The notes below the pieces were generated by a model. That model made no database searches, had not been told where the DNA came from, and saw only the letters and a list, made by a program, of their open reading frames with translations. 64,000 nucleotides of DNA, from positions 25,410-89,409 of the forward strand of contig CANOLZ010000001.1 in NCBI GenBank assembly GCA_947567075.1. Direction: 5' to 3'. Shown piece after piece: positions 37,621 to 46,429 of this stretch. Position 1 is the first letter of the stretch, and the number at the start of each line of letters is the position of its first letter. The translations under genes were made by a program, and so were the position numbers. The stretch is from an uncultured bacterium (GTDB lineage: Bacteria > Bacillota > Clostridia > Lachnospirales > Lachnospiraceae).

Positions 37621-38030
37621 GAGGGCATTTTTTTATAGTTCCTTTTATATTTTAAGGCAGTGGATTTCTTTTTGAAGCTCTATATTTTCCTTTCCGTGCA
37701 AAAAAAGGAAGAACCAGACACGCCGCCACTGATTGTCTATAAGGCGGATGGCCGGGTGGCTGACTTTTTCCCGCCTGGACACATGGCTGAACTTTCACAT
37801 ATGAAACAGATTGAAGAAGGAAAATAGGCTGTTTTATGGGATTCTTATTTGTTATTGTTTGAGCGTATATAAGGGGATTTTATGGGAGGTAAAACACTGA
37901 ACTTTTCCAATAAATCCAGTATTTACGCCACATTGTACTGAACGCCAATTTGTGATATGATGTGTATATTAAACAGAACAATGAACAGAAGTTTGCTTAG
38001 GAGATAAATCAAAAATTAGAGGAGAATGTT

Positions 38031-38390
38031 ATGATACATCATTGGCTTGGCTGGATTTCTTTAGGAGTATGTATTTTGCTTTTAGCTAAATATATTGGTA
38101 GGATATCCAATAATAAAAAGGTAAATCAGTTACTTAGAAAAATTCATAAGCCATTAGGAATGATGGTTATAGGTATTGCAACAATACATGGAGTTATTTC
38201 TTTTATAAAAAATCCTCAAGCAATCATTCAGAACATAACGGGATTGAGTCTTTTCGTATTGATTTTTAATTTGGCAATAACATTTTATGCAAGAAAAAGA
38301 TTAAAAGTTAAATGGTTTCAAATTCACCGATATTTAGCAATTTTACTTTGTATCCTAATGGCTATCCATATAATCCTATCTTTTTCGTAG
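38031..38390 (+). CDS. Small 4-TM membrane protein with conserved-looking His pairs
   Basis: Four hydrophobic segments. His residues sit in TM2, TM4 and adjacent loops (KIHKPLG, TIHGV, QIHRY, AIHII), reminiscent of di-haem b-type or ferric-reductase-like modules. RBS is GAGGAG. Confidence 0.6.
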   Translation: MIHHWLGWISLGVCILLLAKYIGRISNNKKVNQLLRKIHKPLGMMVIGIATIHGVISFIKNPQAIIQNITGLSLFVLIFNLAITFYARKRLKVKWFQIHRYLAILLCILMAIHIILSFS

Positions 38391-38698
38391 TGATGCATTG
38401 ACAAATCCCCATTTCCTGAATCTGCAATGCATTACATACGAAATAGGGTCTGTCAAACGGTAAATTATTTCTGTTATGAAAGGCCCTATTTGAATAAAAC
38501 TATCGCTCACAGACAGTAAAATGTCCTTATTAACCTTAAGAAAGTTCTATTTGCTGGATTATATGACGGAATGATTTTATAAAGAGTATGGATATATTTC
38601 TGGGAAAATTCTCTTATTTTATGATTCTATGGCTGGCCTTCTTGAGAGATTGTCTTACCTATAGGCTTATGGTTTTCTTTTAATGTAACCCATAAACA

Positions 38699-38727
38699 TT
38701 GTTTGAGCCTATTGGGTATGATATAAT
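38699..38727 (+). promoter_or_regulatory. Sigma-A-type promoter with extended -10
   Basis: TTGTTT (38699-38704), a 17-nt spacer ending in TGA, then TATAAT (38722-38727). It lies 50 nt upstream of ATG 38777. Confidence 0.5.
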
Positions 38728-38776
38728 AAAAGCAGATTATTTTCCCATGAAGATACTCTTAAGGAGGTGTTTTAAA

Positions 38777-40777
38777 ATGAAAAGTTTCTCCATAAATTTG
38801 CGAGGACGGGTAAAAAATTTTAATCTTCCTAAAAATCAACCTCTCTTTCCCCTCTTTGAAGCTATTGCCAATTCTATACACGCTATTGATGAGAGAAAAA
38901 AGGCTAAAGAACAATTTGATAGTTACATTACAATCAATCTTATACGTGACAATCAACTAACCCTATTTGGAATAGGTGAACTTTCTCCAATTTGTTCATT
39001 TGAGATTACGGATAATGGTGTTGGATTCAATGAACGAAATTTTACATCCTTTATGGAATCTGATTCAACATATAAAGCTTCTATTGGAGGAAAGGGAGTT
39101 GGCAGATTTTCGTGGTTAGTTGCTTTTGAAAAAGCTGAAATTAGGAGTATTTTTTTTGATGATGTTAGATGGGTTAAACGGGAATTTGAGTTTTCAGTAG
39201 AGCAATCGGAAATAAAGGAAGGACTTGAAGAGTATGAAACCCAGAAAGATAATCAAACTCTTGTTCGACTTGTAAACTGCCAAAATCCTTATCAAAAAGC
39301 CATTCCAAAGCGAGGATTAACCATTGCTACACGAATTATGCAACATTGCTTAGTATACTTTATTTCTGATGAATGTCCACAAATGAACTTAATAGACAAT
39401 GGTGAGAAATATAACCTCAATCAAATGTTTAGGGAAAAAATTCAAACAGAAGAAAATAGCAAAACCTTTCTTATTGGCAATGAAATATTTGAATTACTTC
39501 ATGTAAAATCAGAGGAAACATCTATTAATGGAAATAAATTATATCTTTGTGCACATAATCGTCTGGTTGACACAAAAGAATTGGATAAGTACATTACAAA
39601 TTTGGATAGAGAAATTTATGAAAAAAGCGGCTTTTGGTATATTGGTGTTTTACGTAGTAAGTATTTAGATGATAATGTTGATATGAATCGTCTTTCATTT
39701 AATATTCCTGATAGTGGCTCATCAGAAGGTATGATAAAAATGATTACAATGGAGCAGATTATGAAGTCTGTCATTGTAGAAATAAATGAGTTTTTAAAGG
39801 ATTATCTTCAGCCAATTGCAGAAAATAAGTTGAAGAGAATTACAGAATATGTAACCTATCAGGCTCCCCAATTTCGGCATTTACTAAAATATATGCCAGA
39901 AGCCTTGGCTAAAATGAAACCGAACTTGAGTGAAGACAAAATGGATGATGAATTACATCGTATAAAAAGAGAGTTTGACCGTTATACATCAAAGGAGAAT
40001 ACAAAACTAATAAATGATCTGAATAAAGGTATTATAAATTCAGAGGAATATATCAAAAGATTTGGACAACAAATAGAAAAAATCAATAGTGCAAATGGAG
40101 CCACCCTAGCCGAATATGTGGCACATCGAAAAGTTATTCTTGATTTGATGGACTTTGGAATTCGTCAAAATAATAATGGACATTTCCAAAAAGAAAGTTT
40201 TTTGCATAACTTAATATACCCTATGAGGACGTCAGATGTAGACATTCCTTATCATAATCATAATTTATGGCTTATTGATGAGAAATTAGCTTATTGCAGC
40301 TACATTTCTTCTGATATACCATTCAATAATCATCCAAAGGAAGATAGAACAGATATTATGATTCTTGACAGCCCTGTTGCGGTGTCCGATGAAGAAAATC
40401 ATGGCAGAGAATATGAGAATATTATATTATTCGAATTAAAACGTCCTATGAGAAACGATTATAATCACAGTACAAACCCTGTAAATCAGTTATATGAATA
40501 TGTGGCATCTTTAAAAACAAATAAAATTAAAGATAAAGATGGAAGGATTATCCGAGTTGGAGATAACACAAAATTTTATTTGTATGCAGTTTGTGACTTA
40601 ACGAGTACCTTAGAGCATATTTTAGATTTTCATGACTTTTCCCAAACACCTGATAAAATGGGCTATTACAAATACAATGATAAAATGAATGCATATATTG
40701 AAATAGTATCTTATGATAAAATTATCAATGATGCAAAGAAACGTAACAAAATATTATTTGATAAATTAGGCATCTGA
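38777..40777 (+). CDS. GHKL (MORC/Hsp90/MutL-like) ATPase fused to a C-terminal PD-(D/E)xK-like nuclease domain
   Basis: Bergerat motifs FEAIANSIHAI (E-x3-N), ITDNGVGFN and IGGKGVGRFS, then a helical middle region. The C-terminus has ESFLHNLIYP...TDIMILD...ILFELKRP...NQLYEY (D...ExK). AAGGAGG lies 9 nt upstream of the ATG. Confidence 0.8.
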   Translation: MKSFSINLRGRVKNFNLPKNQPLFPLFEAIANSIHAIDERKKAKEQFDSYITINLIRDNQLTLFGIGELSPICSFEITDNGVGFNERNFTSFMESDSTYKASIGGKGVGRFSWLVAFEKAEIRSIFFDDVRWVKREFEFSVEQSEIKEGLEEYETQKDNQTLVRLVNCQNPYQKAIPKRGLTIATRIMQHCLVYFISDECPQMNLIDNGEKYNLNQMFREKIQTEENSKTFLIGNEIFELLHVKSEETSINGNKLYLCAHNRLVDTKELDKYITNLDREIYEKSGFWYIGVLRSKYLDDNVDMNRLSFNIPDSGSSEGMIKMITMEQIMKSVIVEINEFLKDYLQPIAENKLKRITEYVTYQAPQFRHLLKYMPEALAKMKPNLSEDKMDDELHRIKREFDRYTSKENTKLINDLNKGIINSEEYIKRFGQQIEKINSANGATLAEYVAHRKVILDLMDFGIRQNNNGHFQKESFLHNLIYPMRTSDVDIPYHNHNLWLIDEKLAYCSYISSDIPFNNHPKEDRTDIMILDSPVAVSDEENHGREYENIILFELKRPMRNDYNHSTNPVNQLYEYVASLKTNKIKDKDGRIIRVGDNTKFYLYAVCDLTSTLEHILDFHDFSQTPDKMGYYKYNDKMNAYIEIVSYDKIINDAKKRNKILFDKLGI

Positions 40778-41063
40778 AAAGGGGATAGGACATATCTTTC
40801 ATGACTTATAAGGAGTCCTTTCTGATTATTTTATATATTTTCTGTTTTAAGCTGCTTTATAGTATGATCAAACGCAATATCTCCTATTTTTTATAGATTT
40901 CCATATTCCTATAAATTTATGTAAAGTGAGGAAAAATTCAATTCTTGGGATGAGACAGGGCAAGGAATAGCAATATAATAAACAGGAAGGTAATGAAATT
41001 TTTTATTGCCTATGCTATAATAACATACAAATACAAAATTTAGGAAATTAGGAGATGGATACA

Positions 41064-42071
41064 ATGAGACAATGGAAAAAAATCATAGGAAGAACTGTGA
41101 AAACCTTGCCCTTTCTTCTAGTAGTGCCTTTGATAGGGTGTAAAAATTCAGATGCCCAGACTGTAGGGGAGAGTGGAGAAGAAAATATGGTGGCAGAAGT
41201 GAATTCTTTACCCCAGGGGGAGGCTCCAGAAAAAGAAGAGGCCATAAATATTGTGGATCAAGTGGAATCGGTTAAGACTACAAAGGAAGATGACCAATTA
41301 ACAGGAGAGAAGGAATCAGAAAGCGAAGAAGTAGCAAAACCGCCAGAAGGGTGGGAATTGGTCCTTGCCTCTGAAGACTGGGGACTTTCTTTTAAGGAGC
41401 AGGGAGCCCAGCCTGTAGGTAATGCAACAGCTTCTGATCTTGCATGGTATGACGCCTATTATGTGGGAGATGATAGTGAAAAAGTCATTTATCTTACCTT
41501 TGACTGTGGCTATGAAAATGGAAACACAGAACCTATTTTGGATGCTTTAAAAAAACATAATGTAAAAGCTATGTTTTTTGTTGTAGGACATTTTTTAGAG
41601 TCAGCTCCAGATATGGCAAAGCGTATGGTAGAAGAGGGGCATATGGTAGGCAACCATACGTATCACCACTTGGATATGCCCACAATTTCAGATAAAGCAA
41701 CCTTCCAAAAGGAGATGGATGATGTGGCAAATTTGTTCAATGAGATTACAGGCACAAAGCTTTCACCCTATTACCGTCCTCCCCAAGGAAAATGTAATAC
41801 CCAGAACTTAAAGATGGCAAAAGAATTGGGATATTCTACTATTTTCTGGAGCCTTGCTTATGTAGACTGGAACACGGATAATCAGCCAAGTCATGAGGAG
41901 GCATTTAGCAAACTCACAGAACGAATACATCCAGGGGCTATTGTGTTGCTTCACAACACATCAAAAACCAATGGTGAGATTTTGGACGAGCTTTTGACAA
42001 AATGGGAAGGAATGGGTTATCGTTTTGAACTCTTACCAGAACTTAAGGCCAGTGGGAAGAAAACTAATTAA
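41064..42071 (+). CDS. NodB-family polysaccharide deacetylase lipoprotein (PdaA-like)
   Basis: Lipobox PLIGC and an acidic linker. NodB motifs are YLTFDCGYENGNT, GNHTYHH, YYRPPQG and VLLHN. It resembles the delta-lactam-forming PdaA subgroup. Confidence 0.85.
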   Translation: MRQWKKIIGRTVKTLPFLLVVPLIGCKNSDAQTVGESGEENMVAEVNSLPQGEAPEKEEAINIVDQVESVKTTKEDDQLTGEKESESEEVAKPPEGWELVLASEDWGLSFKEQGAQPVGNATASDLAWYDAYYVGDDSEKVIYLTFDCGYENGNTEPILDALKKHNVKAMFFVVGHFLESAPDMAKRMVEEGHMVGNHTYHHLDMPTISDKATFQKEMDDVANLFNEITGTKLSPYYRPPQGKCNTQNLKMAKELGYSTIFWSLAYVDWNTDNQPSHEEAFSKLTERIHPGAIVLLHNTSKTNGEILDELLTKWEGMGYRFELLPELKASGKKTN

Positions 42072-42140
42072 GCTTATTTTCACTGATAAGGAGTCTAAGA
42101 GGACTTTCCATTAGAAAGAAATGGGTGTGGTAAATACGAA

Positions 42141-42181
42141 AGGAGCATTTCATCTTAAACTTAGAGAGATGCTCCTTTTTA
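42141..42181 (+). terminator. Rho-independent terminator
   Basis: AGGAGCAT ... ATGCTCCT stem (20-nt loop) followed by TTTTTA. Confidence 0.5.
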
Positions 42182-42310
42182 TATTTTAAGATATCCAAGT
42201 ATTTTCTTAGAAATGGTATGTGGACTATAAACAACGGAATTTCCCATAGGGCAAATACATAGAGCCAGGAACCTAGATTTCAGATACCTGACTCATTATT
42301 GCATTTCTGT

Positions 42311-42905
42311 CTATATTGTTTGATTTGCTTTTAATTTTTTTACTTCCTCAATGGAAAGGTCAACAAATTCAGCAATCTTTTCAAGGGTTATTGTTCCATC
42401 TGCCAGCATTTCATAATACATATCGGACGCATTAGTACATGAAAAATCATGCATGAGCTTTCCTAGTGGCGTATCACCACGATAAGCGCCATTTACATAC
42501 AATTTGTGGGAGCCGTCTCCAAACTTCTCATTTGTCCCTAAAAAACAGCGTTCAATCTGGTATAATGGCAATCCTTTCTTCATGACATCATTTTCGGTAA
42601 TAAAGATTACCCATGTTTCGGGAAGAGAATCAAAATCCTTGCCCTTTTTTCCCAGCGCCTTTGTCAGCTCGTTGAATTCTTACGGAATGATTCAACAGAT
42701 TTTCCACGAATACTTGAGTGTGAACGTCCAGTACTTTTAAATCTGTCTTTTCTAATATAATTTGTAGCACTAGTTCTATACTTGCTGTATCTTCTTCGAA
42801 ACACTTTGTAAAAAAATCATCATCAAGTAGGCGAAAATATTGTAATCTCTGTAAATCTTCTTGATGTTTCTGTTCTATGTGTTCTGTTACTGTCAATGTT
42901 CCCAC
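42311..42905 (-). pseudogene. Frameshifted Rpn-family / PD-(D/E)xK 'putative transposase' gene
   Basis: Two adjacent ORFs (42630-42905 and 42311-42583) together give the typical architecture (LLDDDFFTKCFE...VFVENL...; ...LPLYQIERCFLGT...YVNGAYRGDTPLGKLMHDF). They are separated by a frame break. Confidence 0.65.
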
Positions 42906-43059
42906 CTACTTTACTTTTTATTTTTGTTTCTAAATACTACCATAGATCTCCTTATTTTACAAGTAAGAAGCCAGGATATGATAGTACACATTCCTATAAA
43001 AAATGATAAAATATAGAAAAATGACAAGAAAATAGAAAGGGGAGTTGGTGATTTCAATG

Positions 43060-43518
43060 ACTATAAGGAAGTATGAATCTTTTGATTGCAAGGAGACAGC
43101 AGAATTATTCTATCATACAGTACACACAGTAAATGCTAAGGATTATACTAAAGAGCAGCTGAATGTTTGGGCAACAGGTAGTATAGATTTGAAAGAGTGG
43201 AACAACACATTGTCAGAACACTTTAGTATTGTTGCTATAGAAAAGAATCAGATTGTTGGGTTTGGAGATGTGGATAAAAAGGGATATTTAGATAGATTAT
43301 ATGTGCATAAAGATTATCAAAACCAAGGAATTGCTACAGCTATTTGCAAGGAACTGGAACAGGTTATAAATAGAAACAAAATAATCACACAAGCCTCAAT
43401 TACAGCAAAATCATTTTTTGAACAAAGGGGTTATCAAGTAGTGAGAAGGCAGCAGGTTATCAGAAATGGAATTTTTCTGACAAATTACCTGATGGAAAAA
43501 GAACTTCATTCCTTATAA
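43060..43518 (+). CDS. GNAT-family N-acetyltransferase
   Basis: Acetyl-CoA motif RLYVHKDYQNQGIATAI, ~150 aa. Confidence 0.85.
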   Translation, partial: TIRKYESFDCKETAELFYHTVHTVNAKDYTKEQLNVWATGSIDLKEWNNTLSEHFSIVAIEKNQIVGFGDVDKKGYLDRLYVHKDYQNQGIATAICKELEQVINRNKIITQASITAKSFFEQRGYQVVRRQQVIRNGIFLTNYLMEKELHSL

Positions 43519-43612
43519 AAGAGCAAGAGCACAGAAAAAAAGAGAAAAGAATTACAAAGGCTTTGGCTACATATAATAGCAGTAATAATAGAACAATTAC
43601 TGGAGATTAGAA

Positions 43613-44182
43613 ATGAAAGAGAAGAAAAAATGGTTGAACATCATGGAAGAGAAGGTAAAACAATCTGGAATTTTGTGGGCAGGAGTCCTTATGCTCATTT
43701 TAAGTGTCCTTCTTTATACGCCAAAAGTCATTAGTGTAAGCAATAGTGTCGATGGAAGGGAACTTCCTATTTATTGTGTAGACACAAAGGAAAATAAAGT
43801 GGCTTTAAGTTTCGATGCAGCTTGGGGAAATGAAGATACAGGGAAGATTTTGGAAATATTAAGAAAACATAATGTGAAAGTCACTTTTTTTATGACAGGA
43901 GGATGGGTATCCAAATATCCAGAAGATGTGAAGGCTATATTGGCAGATGGGCATGACTTGGGAAATCATAGTGAAAATCATAAAAATATGTCCAAAATTT
44001 CCGATGAGGAATGTAAGGAAGAATTAATGTCCGTACATAATAAAGTAAAAGAATTAACAGGATATGAAATGTTTTTATTCCGTCCTCCTTATGGAGATTA
44101 TGATAACCATGTTATTACAAATGCGAAAAAATGTGGTTATTATTCTATCCAGTGGGATGTGGATACATGGGATACAACATGA
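43613..44182 (+). CDS. 5' segment of a split PdaB-like NodB deacetylase gene
   Basis: TM anchor, then ELPIYCVDTKENKVALSFDAAWGNEDT, GNHSENH and FRPPYGDYD. It is colinear with the intact paralogue at 46805-47836 up to ...YYSIQWDVD, then diverges and stops after 5 codons. Confidence 0.85.
   Translation: MKEKKKWLNIMEEKVKQSGILWAGVLMLILSVLLYTPKVISVSNSVDGRELPIYCVDTKENKVALSFDAAWGNEDTGKILEILRKHNVKVTFFMTGGWVSKYPEDVKAILADGHDLGNHSENHKNMSKISDEECKEELMSVHNKVKELTGYEMFLFRPPYGDYDNHVITNAKKCGYYSIQWDVDTWDTT
44157..44164 (+). repeat. Left copy of the 8-bp core (attL-like)
   Basis: ATGTGGAT at the point where homology to the intact paralogue ends. Confidence 0.75.
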
Positions 44183-44341
44183 AAAAAGGAGGAAAGCCAG
44201 CATTCCTGCCGGCTGTATGAAAAAGAAGTTATAGAAAATACGATTTTAATTATAAGGATAGAATATGGAGATTTTATAGCGAAAGTGTAACGAATTTCAG
44301 ACCAAATTGTAAAAACTATATTATATTTAAGGGAGTATTTC

Positions 44342-44497
44342 ATGAAAATAAAACATACTTTTTTACACCATTGGGAAAAGGATGAAGATAGAGAGGTTAG
44401 CAGAAAGAGAAAATATGAAGATTTAGTTTGGGCAATCAAAAAGAAAAGGGAGGAGTGTGCGTGGGGGCAGAAGCAATCTACGCAAGACAATCAGTAG
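44342..44497 (+). CDS. Small charged ORF (51 aa) overlapping the recombinase start; possible excision cofactor
   Basis: The ATG lies ~6 nt after AAGGGAG. Sequence is MKIKHTFLHHWEKDEDREVSRKRKYEDLVWAIKKKREE.... It overlaps the recombinase start by 37 nt. There is no homology evidence. Confidence 0.3.
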   Translation: MKIKHTFLHHWEKDEDREVSRKRKYEDLVWAIKKKREECAWGQKQSTQDNQ

Positions 44498-45888
44498 ATA
44501 AAAAAGAGTCGTTGTCTATAGAAGGCCAGATAGAACTGTGCAAGAAAGAGTGCAAAGACACAAAAGACGTATTTATCTATCAAGATAGGGGATACAGTGG
44601 TAAAAATACAAAAAGGCCGGGATTTAAAGAGATGATAGAAGATGTAAAACAAGGAAAAATTGAAAAAATCATTGTTTACCGATTGGATCGCCTTAGCCGT
44701 TCTATTGTAGACTTTGGACAAATTTGGAGTTTGCTAGAAAAAAATGGTGTAGAATTTGTGTCAATAAATGAAAAATTTGATACATCCACTCCTATGGGCA
44801 GGGCTATGATCTACATTATTATGGTATTTGCACAGTTGGAGAGGGAGACAATTGGAGAGAGAGTACGAGATAATTATTATGCAAGAATTCAAAAAGGCCA
44901 CTGGCCAGGAGGTATTGCTCCTTATGGATTTTGCAATATTCAAAAAATAGATGAAACAGGGAGGCAGGTTCCTTCCCTAAAACAAGAAAAAGAAATAGAA
45001 ATAGTAAAATGGATTTTTCAGGAATATGAGAAGGAGAATGCTTCTCTTGGAAAAATAGCAAGAAGCTTGACAGAAGCAAAGGTTGCCTGTAAGAAGAGAT
45101 GGGGTTGGGATAACGTTGCCTTGTCAAGAATACTCCACTCTCCCGTTTATGTAAAGGCAGATGAGAAAATTTATAATTATTTTAAAGAAAAGGGAAACTA
45201 TGTATTTTCCAATACTATGGAGGAGTTTGATGGAAAGAGGGCGGCCCATATTATAGGAAAGGGAAAGGAAGGGCAAGTATTGTCACTGACAAATTTTGAG
45301 GGGACCATTTCATCTAATCAGTGGCTGAATTGTCAAAGGAAATTGGAGAGAAACAAACAAATAGGTAATTCTGGGAAAGGAAAATATACTTTTTTATCAG
45401 GTCTTATAAAATGTGGGAAATGTGGGTATAGTTTAAACGTCCGATGCAGCAGAAAAAAATTATATTTAGGGTGTAGTGGGCATTCCAACTTACATATTTG
45501 CGATGTAAAGAAAATTTCCTTTTCCATTGAAGAGCTGGAAGACTTGGTAAGAACAGAAATGGAATTTATATTTGAACAATGCCAAAAAAGCTATTTTATA
45601 AAAAGGGATGGGGAGAGTACCTTGGAAAGCTTAGAGAAAAAAATAGCAGCCCTGGTACATAAGCTGGCAGAGACATCTGGGGTCAGCAGTTACTACATTA
45701 AAAAAGAAATAGAGAAAATAGATGAGGAGAAAAAGGAATTGCTGAATAAAAAGGAAAAAATACAGAGGGGAGCCCCTTTTTTTTCTTTCCATCAATTGAG
45801 TTTTGAGGAGAAAAAGCTAGCAGTTTATACATTTATTGATAAAATATTCGTGACGGATTTTGAAATAGAAATTGTGTGGAAGGGGTAA
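44461..45888 (+). CDS. Large serine recombinase (SpoIVCA/CisA-like)
   Basis: The resolvase domain has AIYARQSVDKKESLSIEGQ (Ser nucleophile) and YRLDRLSRS. It also has a recombinase domain, a Cys-rich zinc-ribbon-like region CGKCGYSLNVRCSRKKLYLGCSGHSNLHIC and a C-terminal coiled coil. GTG lies 7 nt after GGGAGG. Confidence 0.9.
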   Translation: MGAEAIYARQSVDKKESLSIEGQIELCKKECKDTKDVFIYQDRGYSGKNTKRPGFKEMIEDVKQGKIEKIIVYRLDRLSRSIVDFGQIWSLLEKNGVEFVSINEKFDTSTPMGRAMIYIIMVFAQLERETIGERVRDNYYARIQKGHWPGGIAPYGFCNIQKIDETGRQVPSLKQEKEIEIVKWIFQEYEKENASLGKIARSLTEAKVACKKRWGWDNVALSRILHSPVYVKADEKIYNYFKEKGNYVFSNTMEEFDGKRAAHIIGKGKEGQVLSLTNFEGTISSNQWLNCQRKLERNKQIGNSGKGKYTFLSGLIKCGKCGYSLNVRCSRKKLYLGCSGHSNLHICDVKKISFSIEELEDLVRTEMEFIFEQCQKSYFIKRDGESTLESLEKKIAALVHKLAETSGVSSYYIKKEIEKIDEEKKELLNKKEKIQRGAPFFSFHQLSFEEKKLAVYTFIDKIFVTDFEIEIVWKG

Positions 45889-45937
45889 AGTGTTATATAA
45901 TAGAAAATATACTCGTAATGGATGGAGGAAATCATTT

Positions 45938-46396
45938 ATGGATCAAACACTAAAGGAGAAAATCTTAAAGCTGTTTCAAGATAATGAAGATATTTGTGTA
46001 GATTATTCATTGTTTTTAGACAGCAAAGCAGACACAGAGTTTGTAGGGTGTACTGGAAAAGAGAAGAAAAAGTACTGGGATATTTTTCAGCATATGGAAC
46101 AGAAGGCTCCTGGGACAAAGATTGTTATTCATATTTATGACGAGGAAGATGGAAGATGGTTTGCAGACGATGCTTATTTGGAGACCAGTTTGTCAGAAGA
46201 AGACTTAAAAGGAATTTTTGAGAAGTTTAATGAGCAATATGAAGAATATTTATCCCCTAGCCAGCTCCACTGTGTAAAAGAAGAGGAGAGAGATTATTAT
46301 ATGAAGGGATATTATGTGAGAGACGGCGGGGAGAGTCAGAGACTATCAGAATATTTAAAGGGAGAATACTTTGTTTTTTATTGCTGGTGGGATTGA
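45938..46396 (+). CDS. Hypothetical acidic 152-aa protein carried by the element
   Basis: The ATG lies 9 nt after GGAGG. No recognisable motifs. It ends in ...YFVFYCWWD. Confidence 0.55.
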   Translation: MDQTLKEKILKLFQDNEDICVDYSLFLDSKADTEFVGCTGKEKKKYWDIFQHMEQKAPGTKIVIHIYDEEDGRWFADDAYLETSLSEEDLKGIFEKFNEQYEEYLSPSQLHCVKEEERDYYMKGYYVRDGGESQRLSEYLKGEYFVFYCWWD

Positions 46397-46421
46397 CCAT
46401 AGGTGTTTTAAGATGTATACA

Positions 46422-46429
46422 ATGTGGAT
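46422..46429 (+). repeat. Right copy of the 8-bp core (attR-like)
   Basis: ATGTGGAT immediately precedes resumption of the deacetylase reading frame. Confidence 0.75.

Larger units (their letters stand above)
44157..46429 (+). mobile_element. 2,265-bp serine-recombinase element inserted in the PdaB-like gene (intervening-element candidate)
   Basis: Bounded by identical ATGTGGAT at 44157-44164 and 46422-46429. Deleting one repeat and the intervening DNA restores an uninterrupted ORF reading ...QWDVDSLDWKDYGVD..., matching the paralogue (...QWDVDSLDWKNFGVD...). Confidence 0.8.

Noticed and set aside
38699-38776. Upstream in-frame extension of the GHKL ORF (track start 38699).
   Set aside because: The extension coincides with the predicted promoter (-35 and -10 at 38699-38727). 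The ATG at 38777 has a consensus AAGGAGG at optimal spacing.
38031-40777. Treating the 4-TM His-containing protein and the GHKL-nuclease as a two-gene operon or system.
   Set aside because: They are separated by 386 nt containing an inverted repeat and a strong independent promoter, so co-transcription is not supported. Conservation of the pairing in other genomes would be needed to revive the idea.
44140-44490. 116-aa minus-strand ORF spanning the left junction of the recombinase element.
   Set aside because: It crosses the attL junction and the recombinase start. It has an odd composition (Ser/Phe/Cys-rich), no RBS and no motifs. It is most likely spurious.
44157-46429. Interpreting the 2.27-kb insert as an IS607-type insertion sequence or a prophage remnant.
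   Set aside because: The recombinase is a large serine recombinase (~475 aa with a Cys-rich zinc-ribbon-like region and a coiled coil), not the small IS607 TnpA. There is no TnpB and there are no phage structural genes. The in-frame, scar-free split of a sporulation-type gene fits an intervening element better. Simple site-specific integration without developmental control is still possible.
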